A DNA stretch of 64,000 nt from Eledone cirrhosa (Eukaryota), in NCBI GenBank assembly GCA_964016885.1, contig OZ024743.1, forward strand, positions 109,988,001 through 110,052,000, given 5' to 3'. Below the pieces are notes generated by a model, which was not told where the DNA came from, made no database searches, and was given only the letters and a program-made list of their open reading frames with translations. Within the stretch, counting starts at the first letter, position 1, and the number at the start of each line of letters is the position of its first letter. Of the stretch, positions 1 to 13,048 are shown one piece after another. A program made the translations under genes and the position numbers.

Positions 1-426
1 TATCGATACTAGAGTCAGGTCCATATGAGGTCGATTGGCCGCTCTCCATCTTTCTCTCTCTCTCACCTGTCCCAAGACAAACATTAAATGAACGAAGATG
101 TTTATTTCTCCGTTACGAGCCTCCTATTATTGTCAGTAATCTCATTCATCAAAACTAAAGTAGGGTGAGATCTGAAGAGCATATTTTAATGTTTGTGACC
201 TGTTCTTTTTCAAACATTCTGTTTCTTCTTTCCTATATTCTCTTCCTTCTTTCCAGTCAACTCACACCGAACCGCTGATCTCTGTCCTTCGAGGTAATAT
301 TTCACCCAACGGCGTTTCGACGGTATTTTGCTATTTTAAAAAGCTTCCATACGCTGAGTGTTTCCCTTTTCCTGAGAATTCTAATACACCAGAGTCTCAA
401 ACCTAGATTTTCGAGTTAATTTGTTT

Positions 427-443
427 ATATATAAATATATATA

Positions 444-534
<91 letters not shown>

Positions 535-615
535 GTGTGTATGCGCGCGCGTGTGTGTGTGTGTATGTGTGTATGTATGTGTGTGTGTGTGAGTGTGTGT
601 GAGTGTGTGTGTGTG
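427..615. repeat. Compound (AT)n/(GT)n microsatellite
   Basis: Direct reading. The ORFs called here (YI/CV/HT repeats) are translation artefacts. Confidence 0.97.
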
Positions 616-974
616 TTTTTTCTGTTTGTGTGTTGTGTGTATGTAAAACACGAATGCGAAAGCGACTTTAATTGGGAAAGAATTTTATAGAATGAGCGCA
701 AATAAACTCTATCACCATTTCTTCCATTGAGAGATAGTTTGAAGCTGCTAAGTTAGTTGAGTACTGTAAAACAATGAATATAGTGAGGACATCGACAAAT
801 TTTGAATTAATATACAAAAATGGAGATATTGTTCTAGTTACCGATCAAAATTATACTGAAAAAAAAAAAGGATGAGGAATATGATGCCACTTTTACCTCC
901 TTACGGACAACTGACGCTGCATATCAGGTCCGAACACAGAAGAACCGAACTCCCACTGACATCACCCCCATCTC

Positions 975-1340
975 TCTCACCCTCCCCATATCTCTGTAAT
1001 ATGAGCAAATGGGGTCCCACGTGCCGCCTCACGGCCCCGGTGGAAAGAATGGAGAAGGTGTTTCTCCGGAGGATGGTAAAGGAGATGCGCTGGAAGAAGC
1101 ATTCCATCTCGTGAGGTTCACACTTGCGGCTATCCAGCTCAGCACCTATGTCAGTATGTAGAAAGGTAGCCCTACGGTCAAGTATACCATAAGTCTCCAC
1201 TGCTAGGGACTCGGTTGCAAAGCTGTCAGAGAGCCTCCAATACTTGTGCAGCAGGACCTGGGTTAGTCTCAGACTGAACCATATTGCGGCTGGAGGATGT
1301 GTCGTTGCAAGTGGCATCCCAGACGAGGGGTTTACCACTG
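975..1340 (-). mobile_element. CRE-clade non-LTR retrotransposon 3' remnant (RLE endonuclease C-terminus)
   Basis: ORF 901..1338(-) has KY..LSD.F..LAVETYG....A.FL..IG..L.....EP.E...FFQRIS..I.R.N..SIL, resembling the CRE-type RLE tail (PLAVETLG...FLFQRLS.AI.RGNA). Confidence 0.7.
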
Positions 1341-1444
1341 CGGAACTGGAAGATGGTCATAGAATAGGTGTCTCAAGTCGAAATCTATAATGTTTTGGAA
1401 CTTAGCGTATATATGAAGATAAAGATGCTAATGCTCATTAACGT

Positions 1445-1452
1445 GTTGATGG

Positions 1453-1482
<30 letters not shown>
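1445..1482 (+). repeat. (GAT)n microsatellite
   Basis: Direct reading. Confidence 0.9.
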
Positions 1483-1483
<1 letters not shown>

Positions 1484-2345
1484 GGAGGATACTGATCTTG
1501 AATATTATAATGATGATGATCATGGTGTTGATGAAAAGCTTATTTTATAAAGGAAGAAATACGACTGACGTTTATTTTATAATGAGAATTGTCATTAATG
1601 CTTACAGGTTAAGATTTCCAAGAAAAATATCAGTTCTTTTGTACATCTACACCAAATCAAATTTGCATATATCATATTTAAATAAATGTGTATGGGCAGA
1701 CAATATAGTAATATTTAACAATCTTCATATCGTGACAGCATATCCATTCATACCTAACCATTTGTAATCACTAGAGTTGAATATCACATATGATATATGT
1801 TTTTAACATTGTTCACCGAAATCTGTTCCAATGTGAAAAGGCATTAAAATGATGAAACTATTATAGTGTAAAATAAAATTAAAAAATAAGTTTTCATTAT
1901 TTGCTGTGTTATAACCTATTTATTAAAATAGATGAAAATTGCAGAGACATGTTAACAGAATTCTGTTCCCCTTCTGAATTCCAGCGAATGTAATTTCTTT
2001 TTTTATAAAATAGCAATAAAGATATAAAACAATATCAGACACGAGAGAATATTAGTTACATCGCACACTATTCAGTTCATCCTTTAGATCGTATCTAATA
2101 GCAGTATATGCAGACGAGTTATTTTGTGAGTGTCATTATTTCATGTGGTTATTCGATTTTAATATGAAGTGTTGTTTGTTGTTAACTATAATGACTTCTC
2201 AGCATATAATGCAACTATTCTGTATGTAATCCTTATCTTTCTAGTTATATGCTACATTCACATGCATCTTGGTTATATGCATAAATCGTTATCAACAGGA
2301 GGGGAGAATCTAAGTTCATATACAACGGGTTTCTTACATACATGC

Positions 2346-2380
2346 TATATATATATATTTATAGATATATAAATAAATGA

Positions 2381-2448
<68 letters not shown>
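2346..2448. repeat. (AT)n followed by (AAT)n; the AAT part is the 3' tail/target of the Tx1-like LINE
   Basis: Direct reading; abuts the LINE 3' end at 2449. Confidence 0.9.
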
Positions 2449-2450
<2 letters not shown>

Positions 2451-2679
2451 TTTATTTATTAACCACAAGGGTTTACATAAAGTAGACATTAAGGACAGTA
2501 CAGGACAATACAGGACGGTACAAATGGGCATTTCTGCGTATAAAAAAAAGAAAAACAGATAATGTAACAAAAGAATAACAATGAAAAATTCCCCAATAGG
2601 GGGGAGACTTCCGATGGACATTTGTGGAGAAAGCCCGTTAAAAGATCAGTGACCCTTCTCCCAGTTTTCTACCTTAAAT

Positions 2680-5600
2680 TTACAGGCACATACTCAGAGT
2701 AGGCCCATTCACTCGGGCCATACTTGTCTCTCTCACCCATCTTTCAACAAAATACTGGGAAGAGAGCACTTCCCTCTCTACCCTGGTTTTCCTTTTCAAA
2801 TGAAATTTGAAAAAGTTACTCAGGGCATCACAGAAGAGGTAAGTGCTCGTCTTCAGCCCTTTCAAACGTGTCCACCATACTATCACTTTCGCCATGGCCA
2901 CCAGACAGATAAAAACTACCTGACCTTCCCGGCTAAAGGAAGAGGGCGGGGCAATCCTCCCGATGGACACAGCTGATAGCTGGAACCGTCCTACACGTGA
3001 CAGCAGGTATTCGACATAAACCCACAAGTCAGCAATGCTCGGACACTGGACGAGTGCGTGCAGGGCGGTTTCGTCACCCTGCGCGCATCTCGGACATGCC
3101 CGGATGACAACACCTCCATGTCTGTAGAGTTTATCCCGAACTGGCAAAGCTCCTCGGTAGCACGGCCAGGCCAGGGATTTCTGGAAGTTGTCCGGCCCGA
3201 AAGTCCTTCCGAAGAGATTGGCTAGTTGTTTTTCGTCGACGCCTAGAGTTTCTCCAAGGACGTCGTCGCTCTTCCCCTCAACTAATCCTCTATAGAATGC
3301 CAAGGTTGAGTTTCCACCGATCACATTGCCCGATTGGTCGAGGACTTTGAGCGCCTGAAGACATTCATGTCTCCAAGCGCTCCCTCTTGGTCTTCGCTTG
3401 ACCTAGGACTGCAGCTCCGTCAAGGAGACGAGCTGGGGACAGACGTGTCTAGAAAACGGCGACCACACCTCATAACCATCGAGGAAGAGGTGCAGATGTC
3501 GTAGCATGTGCGCGTCTCTGCGCATCATCAGCCACGGAATGTCCAGCCATCCACGTAGCGGGTGTTGACAGCAGATGGAGCGCCTGACCATTGGAGCGCG
3601 TACCTTCCACAAAAAGCGAAAGAGCAAACGCTCCAGCGCTGTCAGGTGGGGCTTAGGACAAGGTACGACGGTCAGGCGGTAGTAGATGACGGACGCGATG
3701 TACCCGCTAACCACCTCCGCTCCACCTTTCAGGGAGAGCTTCCTCTCCGCCCATTTCAGGGTGAGAGAAGCCACACTGCTCTTCAACTCGTCCCAGTTTA
3801 TGTCCGCCTGGAGGTCCGGACCGAACCAGACCCCTAGCAATTTAACCGGTCCATCCGTCCAGCGCCCGACGACGCTGTTGAACTGTATGGACCTGCCTCT
3901 CCAGGTGCCGAGGTGCAGGCCCACTGACTTCTCATGGTTGATCATTGCTCCTGTCGCCGCTTCGTATTCTCTTAGTGTAGTGCCGATTGCCTCGATGTGT
4001 TTGGCGTTCGACATCACTACGGTGACATTGTCCGCATATGCTGACACGGATCTTCCGCATCCTAGTCCTCGCGGGACCCCCCTCCCTCAACGTCTTTAGT
4101 CCGTTCAGTAATGGCTCGAGAGTCAATAATTACAAGAGGAACGAAAGGGGACGTACTTGGTGGACCGAGCGGTAACGATGGTCGACCCTATCGAAAGCTT
4201 TCGACTGATCTAAATTGATCAAGGACCCACTCGTGCCAAGTTCCCTAACTACCCTCTCTACGATGTATCGCATGAGGTGGAGGTTGTCGTGGATGGATCT
4301 ATCGGGAATGGCGCATGTCTGCGCCTCTCCCACCAGACCACCAACGATAAGCGCCAACCTTTTTGCTAGCACCTTGGCCAAAATCTTAAACTGTCTGTTT
4401 AGCAGAGTTATGGGCCTGAATTTATCTATGTTTTCCCCCTTGTTCGTATCCTTTCTCAGCAGCGCCACAGCTCCTCGGCTCACAGAGCTGGGAATTCTCC
4501 CGTTCTGTTGCCAGTTGCAGTAGACATCCGCCAAGAGGCCTCCGAAAAAGTTTGGCATCTGTACGTAAAGTTCATAGAGCAGACCATACAAACAAGGAGA
4601 GTTACCCTTGTGCAGCCAGTCAGTGTCTCCCGTACTTCAGCGGCTGTTATCGGCTTTTCGCAACTCTCCGCCTCAGTGGCTGAGAGCCGGGGAGATCCGT
4701 CGAGGTAGACACTAAAGTCCTTCCCTCGATCCGGCCTGCCGCAGCCCACGAACAACTGTGCGAAGTGTCGCTGAAAAGATCCACATATTTGCCCGGGATC
4801 GAGTAGTATGCGCCCGTCGTGGTCCACCAAAGAACGGATCGTGGCTTTGTTGCCACGACGCGCCTCCGCCACTCGGGCCAATTGAACAGCCTTCGTCTCC
4901 TCGTGTCTGAGATCAGGCACCCTAGCTCTTCCAACGCAGTCTTCGTGCTTTGCATTGAAGAATTGGTCAAGGGCCAATATCGCCGTAAGTACGTCGGTCG
5001 CGATGCCTTTGCTAAGCGGCTCGTCTAATTTTTTAACTAGTTCACCCTCTGCTATATTTTTCTCTATTTCTAAAGCCTTACTAAACGGAATGGACTCTAT
5101 TCTAATCGCTCTTTTCAGAGCAAACCACCACTTGTTGTTGACGATGGCCCCCGTCAACGCCCGCTTAACTAGTTCGCTAATACGGTCTCTGTAAGCCTTG
5201 CGCACTGGTAAGGACGCGTTTAGACTCCAGTAGCCGGATCCTCGTCTATGAAACCTATCTAAGTCAAGCACACAGATCACGAATTTATGGTCCCTGTAGC
5301 TGACTATCTTGAATTGTGGACAGCCTATGCTAGACCTATCTATTTCCCTACAAAATACTCTAACTAGATATGATTTGGATGACCCTATGCGACTTGTCCA
5401 AGTCCACATTGGCGCATTCGGGAAATCCAATGGGTACCTGTCAGACAGTTCAAAACGCCTGAGCAGGTTGGTGAGGCTCTTGCACCATCCTCCACTATCC
5501 GCTAATCCCACACACTCCCAGTCTGCATCTAAGATCCCGTTCCAGTCGTCCACTAACACTAAAGATCGGGACGTTCCAAGAAAGGTCTCCAGACGCTGAG

Positions 5601-5968
5601 AGAAATCAGGTCGCCCTGCTCCTGTCGGGGCATAGACAGCCACTAACCTGAAAGCTTGTCCGTCACCGCTGGTCATGTCCAGCACCACCAACTTACCCTC
5701 TGGGTCCAGGAAGATGGCCCGTATGTCGAGATCCAAACCTCTCCGAAAAAGCACAGCACCTCCTCCCACCCGATCCAGGACGGCTGGGAGATGCGTACAC
5801 ATCGTAGCCGCCGAAGATCGGTGCGAAGGCCCGTGCTTCGGAGATTCTGGTCTAGCTGATGGCCACTACATTTATGTTTAGTGACCTGAGGTCGTTGAGC
5901 AGGTGGCCCTGCTTCCATGACGACCCCAAGCCACGCGCATTTATGATGGCTATTCTGAGTGAGGTCAT
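2680..5968 (-). pseudogene. ORF2 of Tx1-like copy 1: AP endonuclease, reverse transcriptase and C-terminal zinc finger; frameshifted, with an internal RT deletion near 4160
   Basis: Fragments 4480..5802 (AVYAP, DWN, YL.R, DHK), 4130..4591 (FRPITLLN, LDQSKAFDRVDH), 3403..4047 (YADN, NHEKS), 2680..3324 (CPRC..DETALHALVQC). Start M-T-S-L-R-I-A-I-I-N-A-R-G-L at 5968. Confidence 0.88.
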
Positions 5969-6040
5969 GTTGAAATGGAGTGGAAAAGATGGGAAAGACC
6001 ACTTACCTTACTTCTCAGAGAGGAAGGATGGTTTTCCATC

Positions 6041-7939
6041 CTATTCACCGCTTGTGGCCTCCTCCGGAAGGATGTCCTTATAAATCCTCGTGGGGAGTGC
6101 TTGTCGGAAGTCTCCGATGTCTTTGGGGAATATTTGTTTAAGTGTCGTGTACGTTTTCTGTGAGATGGGAGTGATTTGTATGTGTGGAGGAGGTGTGGAC
6201 TTTTGGGTTGTTGTGTAGTCTTTTTCTGTGATACTGGTGTTGTGTTGGATGTAGTGTAATAATTGGTTGTTGTTCAAATGTATTGTTGTGTAGTGTGTAT
6301 CGTTTTGGTTGTTTTGTTTTGTTTGCGTTTGTTGTGGGTTTTGTTTCTGTTTCGCTTTTTAGTGACTTTTGTGGTGTTGGTGATGGTGGTGTTGGGGTTA
6401 ATGATGGTGATGGTGTTGGTGTTTGTGGTGAATGGGTTGGTGATGTTGGTGTGGATGGTGGCATAGTTGTCTTAACTTTTTTGGTTGAGAGTTTATTTGT
6501 TTCCCTCTGTATTTTGTTTTTGAAGGAGGAAGGAAGGGGATTTTTTTTCTTTTTTGGTTTCTTTTTCTTTTTTTCTTTTTTCCTGATACTGTTTCCCACT
6601 CCTCGTCGTCACAATCTGTCTCCAGTTGCGATAGGTCGGGGAGTGGAAAATCCTCCAGAGGCGTTGGTTTTGGTTGTGACGTGGTGGATGGTGTAGGCGC
6701 TGGTGCTAGTTCTGGCGCATTGGGTTGTAGTGGTGTTGGTTTTGCTACTGTTGCTGGGATTGTTGCTGCTACAGTTGCTTCTGTTGTTGGTGCTACAGTT
6801 GTTGCTGCCATTTCTGCTGCTGGTGGTGTTGATGGTTGAGTCACTGGGGTGGGTAAGAGAGGTGATCTCAACCTTTTAGCATGAGGGCAGAAAGCCCTTA
6901 GGTGGGTTCCTTCACCACAAACGACACATTTAGTCCTTCTATCCTCGACGATTACGGTGAGGTGGCTGCCGTCAGTGAGGTCTATTACCTCTGGGATCTT
7001 CTCAATGCTTTTTTGGTCCGCTTAGATCAGGAGCTCCATCCCAGATCCGGACCAGTTCTCCTGCTTTTCATTCGCTATTTCGATTATCTTGGTGTTGGCT
7101 TCGATGCCGGCGAGGGCGGCAGCTATTAGCCAGGGAATTTCGATGGCCGGTGGTCGTGGGCCACCCTGATCTTCACGAGTCTCTGGCCACAATAGCTTGG
7201 GACGAGTGTGAAGTCGTCACTTCTTAATGGGGCCATGGAGTGTTCTCTCGCCTCCTATGGTGTTCGAAAGCACACGTCCACGGTTCCATATTTCTGTCCA
7301 CATCTGATGTGGGGGTTTTTATGCCCACATATGTCCCAAAGCGTTTTGGATTTGCGACTCGGATGCCCGTTCCACTCGGCGCGATTTTATTATATTCGTC
7401 CGATAAGACACGGTTGATAGGCGCCCATGCTCCATTTTATTAGATGGGGTGAGGCTGACCCTGTACCCATATTTCTTTACCAATCTTTTGGCTTCTTATT
7501 ATTCCTCCCGAGTTCCCTGGTTTGCTTCGCACTTTTTTGCTACTCTGGCAAAAGACATGGTGGTTTTCTTATTCTCATTTTTGTTGTTGCCGTTGTGGTT
7601 ATCGTTATTTTTGTTATTGTTAATTTTAGTTTCAGTTGTGGTGGTTGTGGCGTCAGGGGTGTTCGGTGTGGAAGAGTTCATTTTGGGTGAATCCATTTCG
7701 ATGTCACGACATAATTTATTTATTTATTTTCTTTCTGTTGTCGCTGTGGTGGTGGTGTGGGTGGCGGCTTCAAGACCTGCAGTCATTGGTAATGGCGGGA
7801 AATGAATGTCTGCGTGAGACAATTTAAAAATATTGCTACTGCTTATATTTTTAGTGTTGGCAAACGTAGTGATATTTACAATGGTGGTGTCGGTGTGAGG
7901 TGTTAGTTTGTGAGGAAGGTGTGAACCTGAGTCGTCCAT
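6041..7939 (-). pseudogene. ORF1 of Tx1-like copy 1 (low-complexity T/P/N linkers, gag-like core, C-terminal domain); frameshifted
   Basis: Fragments 7499..7696 (SFARVAK), 6398..6871 (PLPDL..E.W..V), 6041..6277; homologous to ORF1 pieces at 45297-47287 and 60945-62900. Confidence 0.75.
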
Positions 7940-8191
7940 GATTTTCAAAGAAAATGTTTTGTTTGATAATTATAAAAGTTTAAATTTTGGGCTCAAGGCC
8001 CCAATCGTTTTGAGTGTCCTTTTGAGAAAACAATGTATGTGCACTTATATACAGTTAACAATAAATATTTTCCATTAATGACAATTTTAAACAACTGAAA
8101 ATAACAAACATTTGCTCACGATAACACGATTTACTACGTACGTCGCCAATGATAATAATAATAATAATACTAATAATATTAATAATAATAA

Positions 8192-10949
8192 GTGAGGAAA
8201 TTAATTGGCATAAAAGCGAGAGGAAACAACAAAGAAGAAAGATCAGGACCTTGGTGGAAGAAACGACTGAATGATCAAATCAGGGAAATGAGAAATGACA
8301 TTGGAAAGCTTGAGTCCCTACTGAATGGGACACTAAAAAACATAGACACTAAAAATAGACTGGAAATAAAGTACAAAACTAGGAGGATAAGGCTAAATAT
8401 TATCATAGTGAACTGAAGCAACGCATTGTAGCAAAGAGTGCAAAAATTAGGCGATACGAGAGCAGAGTCAGTCAGTATAGACAGAACGGCATGTTTGACA
8501 ACAACCAGAAGATGTTTGGACAGCTTGAGGGGAAAGAAAGAGGCAACGACTTGATCCCTGAGGCTGAAGAAACTAAGACATTCTGGAGAGGAATATGGGA
8601 GCAGGATGTTAAACATAATGACCAGGCAGTGTGGATTGAGACAGTACAAAAGGAGATTAGTGAACAGGAACACCAACAAACTGATTTGAGTATCACAGTT
8701 GAAACTCTCAAGGGGCAGGCCAACAAACTAACCAACTGGAAATCACCAGGTCCAGATGGTATGCAGGGGTATTGGATTAAACATGTAACATCCCTCCACC
8801 CGAAACTAACAACCATGTTCAATGACTGCTTGATGTCTGGTGAGGTACCAGAGTGGCTGACAAAATGTACCACAGTTCTGGTAATGAAAGTCCGGATCAA
8901 GGGTAATGATGTTACCAACTATAGACCTATTACATATCTGTCCGTAATGTGGAAACTGTTGACAAGCATTGTGTCTGAGGAAATCTACCATCATCTCCAC
9001 ACAAACAACTTATTACCGGACGAACAGAAAGGATGCCGAATGAAATCCAGTGGTACAAAGGACCAGTTACTTATTGATAAGATGGTAATGAGGAATTGCA
9101 AGAGGAGACACACTGGTCTTGCCATGGGATGGATAGACTACAAAAAGGCATTTGACATGGTGCCTCATTCTTGGATCGCCAAAAGCCTAGAGATCTTCAA
9201 GGTAGCAGATAACATCAGACAGTTGTTGAGTAAAAGTATGAAGTCCTGGAAAACAGAGTTAACATCTGCTGGAGAATCCTTGGGAGGCGTGAAGATCAAG
9301 AGAGGTATCTTCCAGGGACATAGTCTGTCCCCTCTGCTGTTTTTCCTTTCCCTGATACCGCTGACCATTATACTGCGAAAAGTGAGAGCAGGATACATGT
9401 TGGGAAAGGGAGAGCTTACCATCAATCACCTCATCTTCATGGACGATCTTAAGCTCTTCGGGAAGAGTGAGAAGAGTTGGATGTGCTTGTTGACACTGTC
9501 CGTATTTTCAGCAATGATATATGTATGCAATTTGGTATGAGTAAGTGTAGAGTCCTTGTGATGAAGAGGGGTAAATTGAGCAGAAGCAACGGAATCCAGG
9601 TACCAACAGGTGAGATGATAAAGGAAATTGACACGGAAGAAGGATACAGTTATTTGGGTATTCTGGAGGCTGATGACATCAAGAACAAAAAAAAATGAAG
9701 GAATTGATAAGATCTGAATACATTCGGAGAATAAGGAGCGTATTAAAATCACGTCTGAACAGTAGGAATGCCATAAGTGCAGTAAATTCCCGAGCTGTGT
9801 CTATTGTTGGGTACAGAGCAGGAATTGTGAGATGGAATGTTGCTGAACAAAAAGAAATGTATAGGAAGACTAGGAAGCTATTGACTATCTACAACATGTT
9901 CCACAAGAGGAGTGATGTCGATACACTCTACTTAAGGAGATCTGAAGGTGGAAGAGGTCTTATCAGCATAGAGGACTGTGTTCAGATGGAGAAAAACAAC
10001 CTGCAGAAATACGTGACCGATAGTAAGGAGCCAATGCACAGAATTCTACTGAAGGAGAGGACAATAGACCAGGGGATGTCCAAGGAGGAAATAACAACGA
10101 GGAGAAAGAGCAACCTTCATGAAAAATCCCTTGATTGTACCTTCTTTGAGAAAACGGAATTCAGAGATCCACAGACATGCAACTGGTTGAGAAGAGGAGA
10201 CCTTAAAAAGGCTACAGAAGGAAAGCTAATGGCTGCGCAAGAGCAGGCCCTCAAACGAAGTGGCTGAAACACCATATATACAAGGAGGAGGCTAGCCCAC
10301 TGTGCAGGATTTGTGGAGAGAGAGAGGAGGCTGTAGCTCACATTGTATCCGAGTGTAAACACCTAGCCCAGACTCACTATAAAGGCTGGAGAGATGATGT
10401 GAAGGGCAGGGTCATCCACTGGCACCTATGAAAAGTAAACAATTTACCACATTCTGAGAAGTGGTATGAGCATAAGCCAAAGTCGGTGATGGAAAACGAT
10501 CAGGTGAAGTTGCTAAGAGATTTTAGGATACAGACGGACAAGAAACTGGAACACAATAGACCTGACCTGGCGGTTTTGGACAAGGAAAAAAGATCGTGCC
10601 TGATTGTGGATGTGGCCTGCCCATTCGACGTGAGAGTGCAAGAGGAGGGGGAGAAAATTAACCGATACCAAGACTTAAAGTGGGAGGTAAAAAGGATTTG
10701 GAACTGCCATGAGGTCAAAGTGGTCCCGATTGTCACAGGCGCACTAGGTACTATCTCAAAGAGTTTCCACGGATGGTTAAAGAAAATTGGTCCCGCCCCA
10801 CTTTTTGGAACACTTCAAAAGGCATGCTTGCTGGGAACAGCAAGAACACTCCGATACGTCCTGAATATCTGAGGTTGCAGGTAGTGACTTGATATTCATT
10901 TCAACAAACTTTCCAGTTAAATAACATTAATGACTGAGACTCAAAGAAC

Positions 10950-10998
<49 letters not shown>
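8192..10998 (+). mobile_element. R4/Dong-like RLE LINE family A, copy 1 (5'-truncated, frameshifted) with (AAT)n tail
   Basis: ORFs 8192..8416, 8491..9540 (SPGPDG, NYRPIT, IDYKKAFD, GIFQG, FMDDLKL), 9695..10267, 10486..10872 (RPDL, DVACPFD, GALG). Tail about 10947-10998. Confidence 0.92.
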
Positions 10999-11000
<2 letters not shown>

Positions 11001-13006
11001 CTGTTGACGAGCATTGTGTCTGAGGAAATCTACCATCACCTCCACACAAACAACTTGTTGCCGGACGAACAGAAAGGATGCCGAAAGAAGTCACGTGGTA
11101 CAAAGGACCAGTTGCTTATTGATAAGATGGTAATGGGGAATTGCAGGAGGAGACACACTGATCTTGCCATGGGATGGATAGACTACAGAAATGCATTTGA
11201 CATGGTGCCTCATTCCTGGATCACCAAAAGCCTGGAGATCTTCAGGGTGGCAGATAACATCAGACAGTTGCTGGGCAGGAGTATGGGGTCCTGGGAGACA
11301 GAGTTGACATCAACTGGAGTATCCTTGGGAAGCGTGAAGATCAAGAGAGGTATCTTCCAGGGAGATAGCCTGTCCCCTCTGTTGTTTGTCCTTGCCCTGA
11401 TGCCCTTGACCATTATGCTGCGAAAAGTGAGAGCAGGATACAAGTTGGGAAGGGGAGAGCTTACCATCAATCACCTCCTCTTCATGGACGATCTTAAGCT
11501 TTTCGGGAAAAGTGAGAAGGAGTTGGATGTGCTTGTTGACACTGTCCGTATTTTCAGCAGTGATATATGTATGCAGTTTGGTATTGGTAAATGTGGAGTC
11601 ATTGTGATGAGGAGGGGTAGGTTGAGCAGAAGTAACGGGATCCAGATACCAACAGGTGAGATGATAAAGGAAATTGACTCTGAGGAAGGATACAAGTATT
11701 TCGGCGTTCTGGAGGCTGATGGCATAAAGAACAAAAAAATGAAGGAATTGTTAAGAACTGAATACATTCGGAGAGTAAGGAGCGTATTGAAGTCACATCT
11801 GAACAGCAGAAATGCCATAAGCGCAGTAAATTCCCGAGCTGTGTCTATTATTAGGTACAGTGCGGGAATTCTGAGATGGAATGTTGCTGAACAAAAAGAA
11901 ATGGATAGGAAGACTAGGAAGCTATTGACTATCTACAACATGTTCCACAAGAGGAGTGATGTCGATAGACTCTACCTAAGGAGATCTGAGGGTGGAAGAG
12001 GTCTTATCAGCATAGAGGACTGTGTTCAGATGGAGAAAAACAACCTATACAAATACGTGACCTATAGTAAGGAGCCAATGCTCAGAGCTGTACTGAAGGA
12101 GGGGACAGTAGGCCAGGAGATACCCAAGGAGGAAATAACATCAAGGAGGAAGAGCAGCCTTAAGGGAAAATCCCTTCATAGTACCTTCTTTGAGAAAACT
12201 GAATTTAGAGATCCACAGACATGGAACTGGTTGAGAAGAGGAGACCTCAAAAAGGCTACAGAAGGAATGCTAATGGCTGCGCAGGAGCAGGCCCTCAAAA
12301 CGAAGTGGTTGAAGCACCATATCTACAAGGAGGAGGCTAGCCCACTGTGCAGAATCTGTGGAGAGAGAGAGGAGACTGTGGCTCACATTGTGTCCGAGTG
12401 TAAACACCTAGCCCAGACCCACTATAAGGGCTGGAGACACGATGTGATGGGCAGGGTGATCCACTGGCACCTGTGCAAAGTAAACAATCTACCACATTCT
12501 GAGAAATGGTATGAGCATAGGCCAGAGGCGGTGATGGAGAACAGTCAGGTGAAGGTGCTGTGGGATTTTAGGATACAGACGGACAAAAAACTGGAGCACA
12601 ATAGACCTGACCTGGTGGTTGTGGACAAAGAAAAAAGATCGTGCCTGATTGTGGATGTGGCCTGCCCGTTCGACACGAGAGTGCAAGAGAAGGAGAGGGA
12701 GAAAATTAACCGATACCAGGACCTAAAGTGGGAGGTGAAAAGGATTTGGAACTGCCATGAAGTCAAAGTGATCCCGATTGTCATAGGCGCACTGGGGACT
12801 ATCTCCAAAGGTTTCCAGGGATGGTTAAAGAAAATCGGCCCCTTCACGCTTTTTGGAACGCTTCAAAAGGCATGCTTGCTTGGAACGGCAAGAACCCTCC
12901 GATACGTCCTGAATATCTGAGGCTGCAGGTAGTGGCTTGATATTCAATCCAACGGACTTTCCAGTTAACCAACATCAATGACTGAGATTCAAGGAATAAC
13001 AATAAC

Positions 13007-13048
<42 letters not shown>
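10999..13048 (+). mobile_element. R4/Dong-like family A, copy 2 (5'-truncated, young) with (AAT)n tail
   Basis: Begins inside the tail of copy 1; uninterrupted ORF; short 3' UTR; tail about 12994-13048. Confidence 0.95.
11004..12920 (+). CDS. 5'-truncated RT-CCHC-RLE ORF of R4-like copy 2 (638 aa open; no natural start)
   Basis: [73 protein letters not shown]. Confidence 0.85.
   Translation: MTSIVSEEIYHHLHTNNLLPDEQKGCRKKSRGTKDQLLIDKMVMGNCRRRHTDLAMGWIDYRNAFDMVPHSWITKSLEIFRVADNIRQLLGRSMGSWETELTSTGVSLGSVKIKRGIFQGDSLSPLLFVLALMPLTIMLRKVRAGYKLGRGELTINHLLFMDDLKLFGKSEKELDVLVDTVRIFSSDICMQFGIGKCGVIVMRRGRLSRSNGIQIPTGEMIKEIDSEEGYKYFGVLEADGIKNKKMKELLRTEYIRRVRSVLKSHLNSRNAISAVNSRAVSIIRYSAGILRWNVAEQKEMDRKTRKLLTIYNMFHKRSDVDRLYLRRSEGGRGLISIEDCVQMEKNNLYKYVTYSKEPMLRAVLKEGTVGQEIPKEEITSRRKSSLKGKSLHSTFFEKTEFRDPQTWNWLRRGDLKKATEGMLMAAQEQALKTKWLKHHIYKEEASPLCRICGEREETVAHIVSECKHLAQTHYKGWRHDVMGRVIHWHLCKVNNLPHSEKWYEHRPEAVMENSQVKVLWDFRIQTDKKLEHNRPDLVVVDKEKRSCLIVDVACPFDTRVQEKEREKINRYQDLKWEVKRIWNCHEVKVIPIVIGALGTISKGFQGWLKKIGPFTLFGTLQKACLLGTARTLRYVLNI

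Larger units (their letters stand above)
2449..8151 (-). mobile_element. Tx1/L1-like two-ORF APE LINE, copy 1 (near full length, decayed), flanked by (TTA)n on both sides
   Basis: 5' UTR, ORF1, ORF2 (APE-RT-CCHC) and 3' UTR in order. AAT tracts at 2415-2448 and 8152-8191. Confidence 0.9.

Noticed and set aside
403-701. ORFs of YI/CV/HT/ER/LS and poly-N/L/I/E/F repeats here and throughout the window
   Set aside because: Translations of microsatellites, not genes.
3562-5859. Several + strand ORFs over Tx1 ORF2, and - strand ORFs over the R4 copies
   Set aside because: Antisense shadows of retrotransposon coding sequence with no independent motifs.
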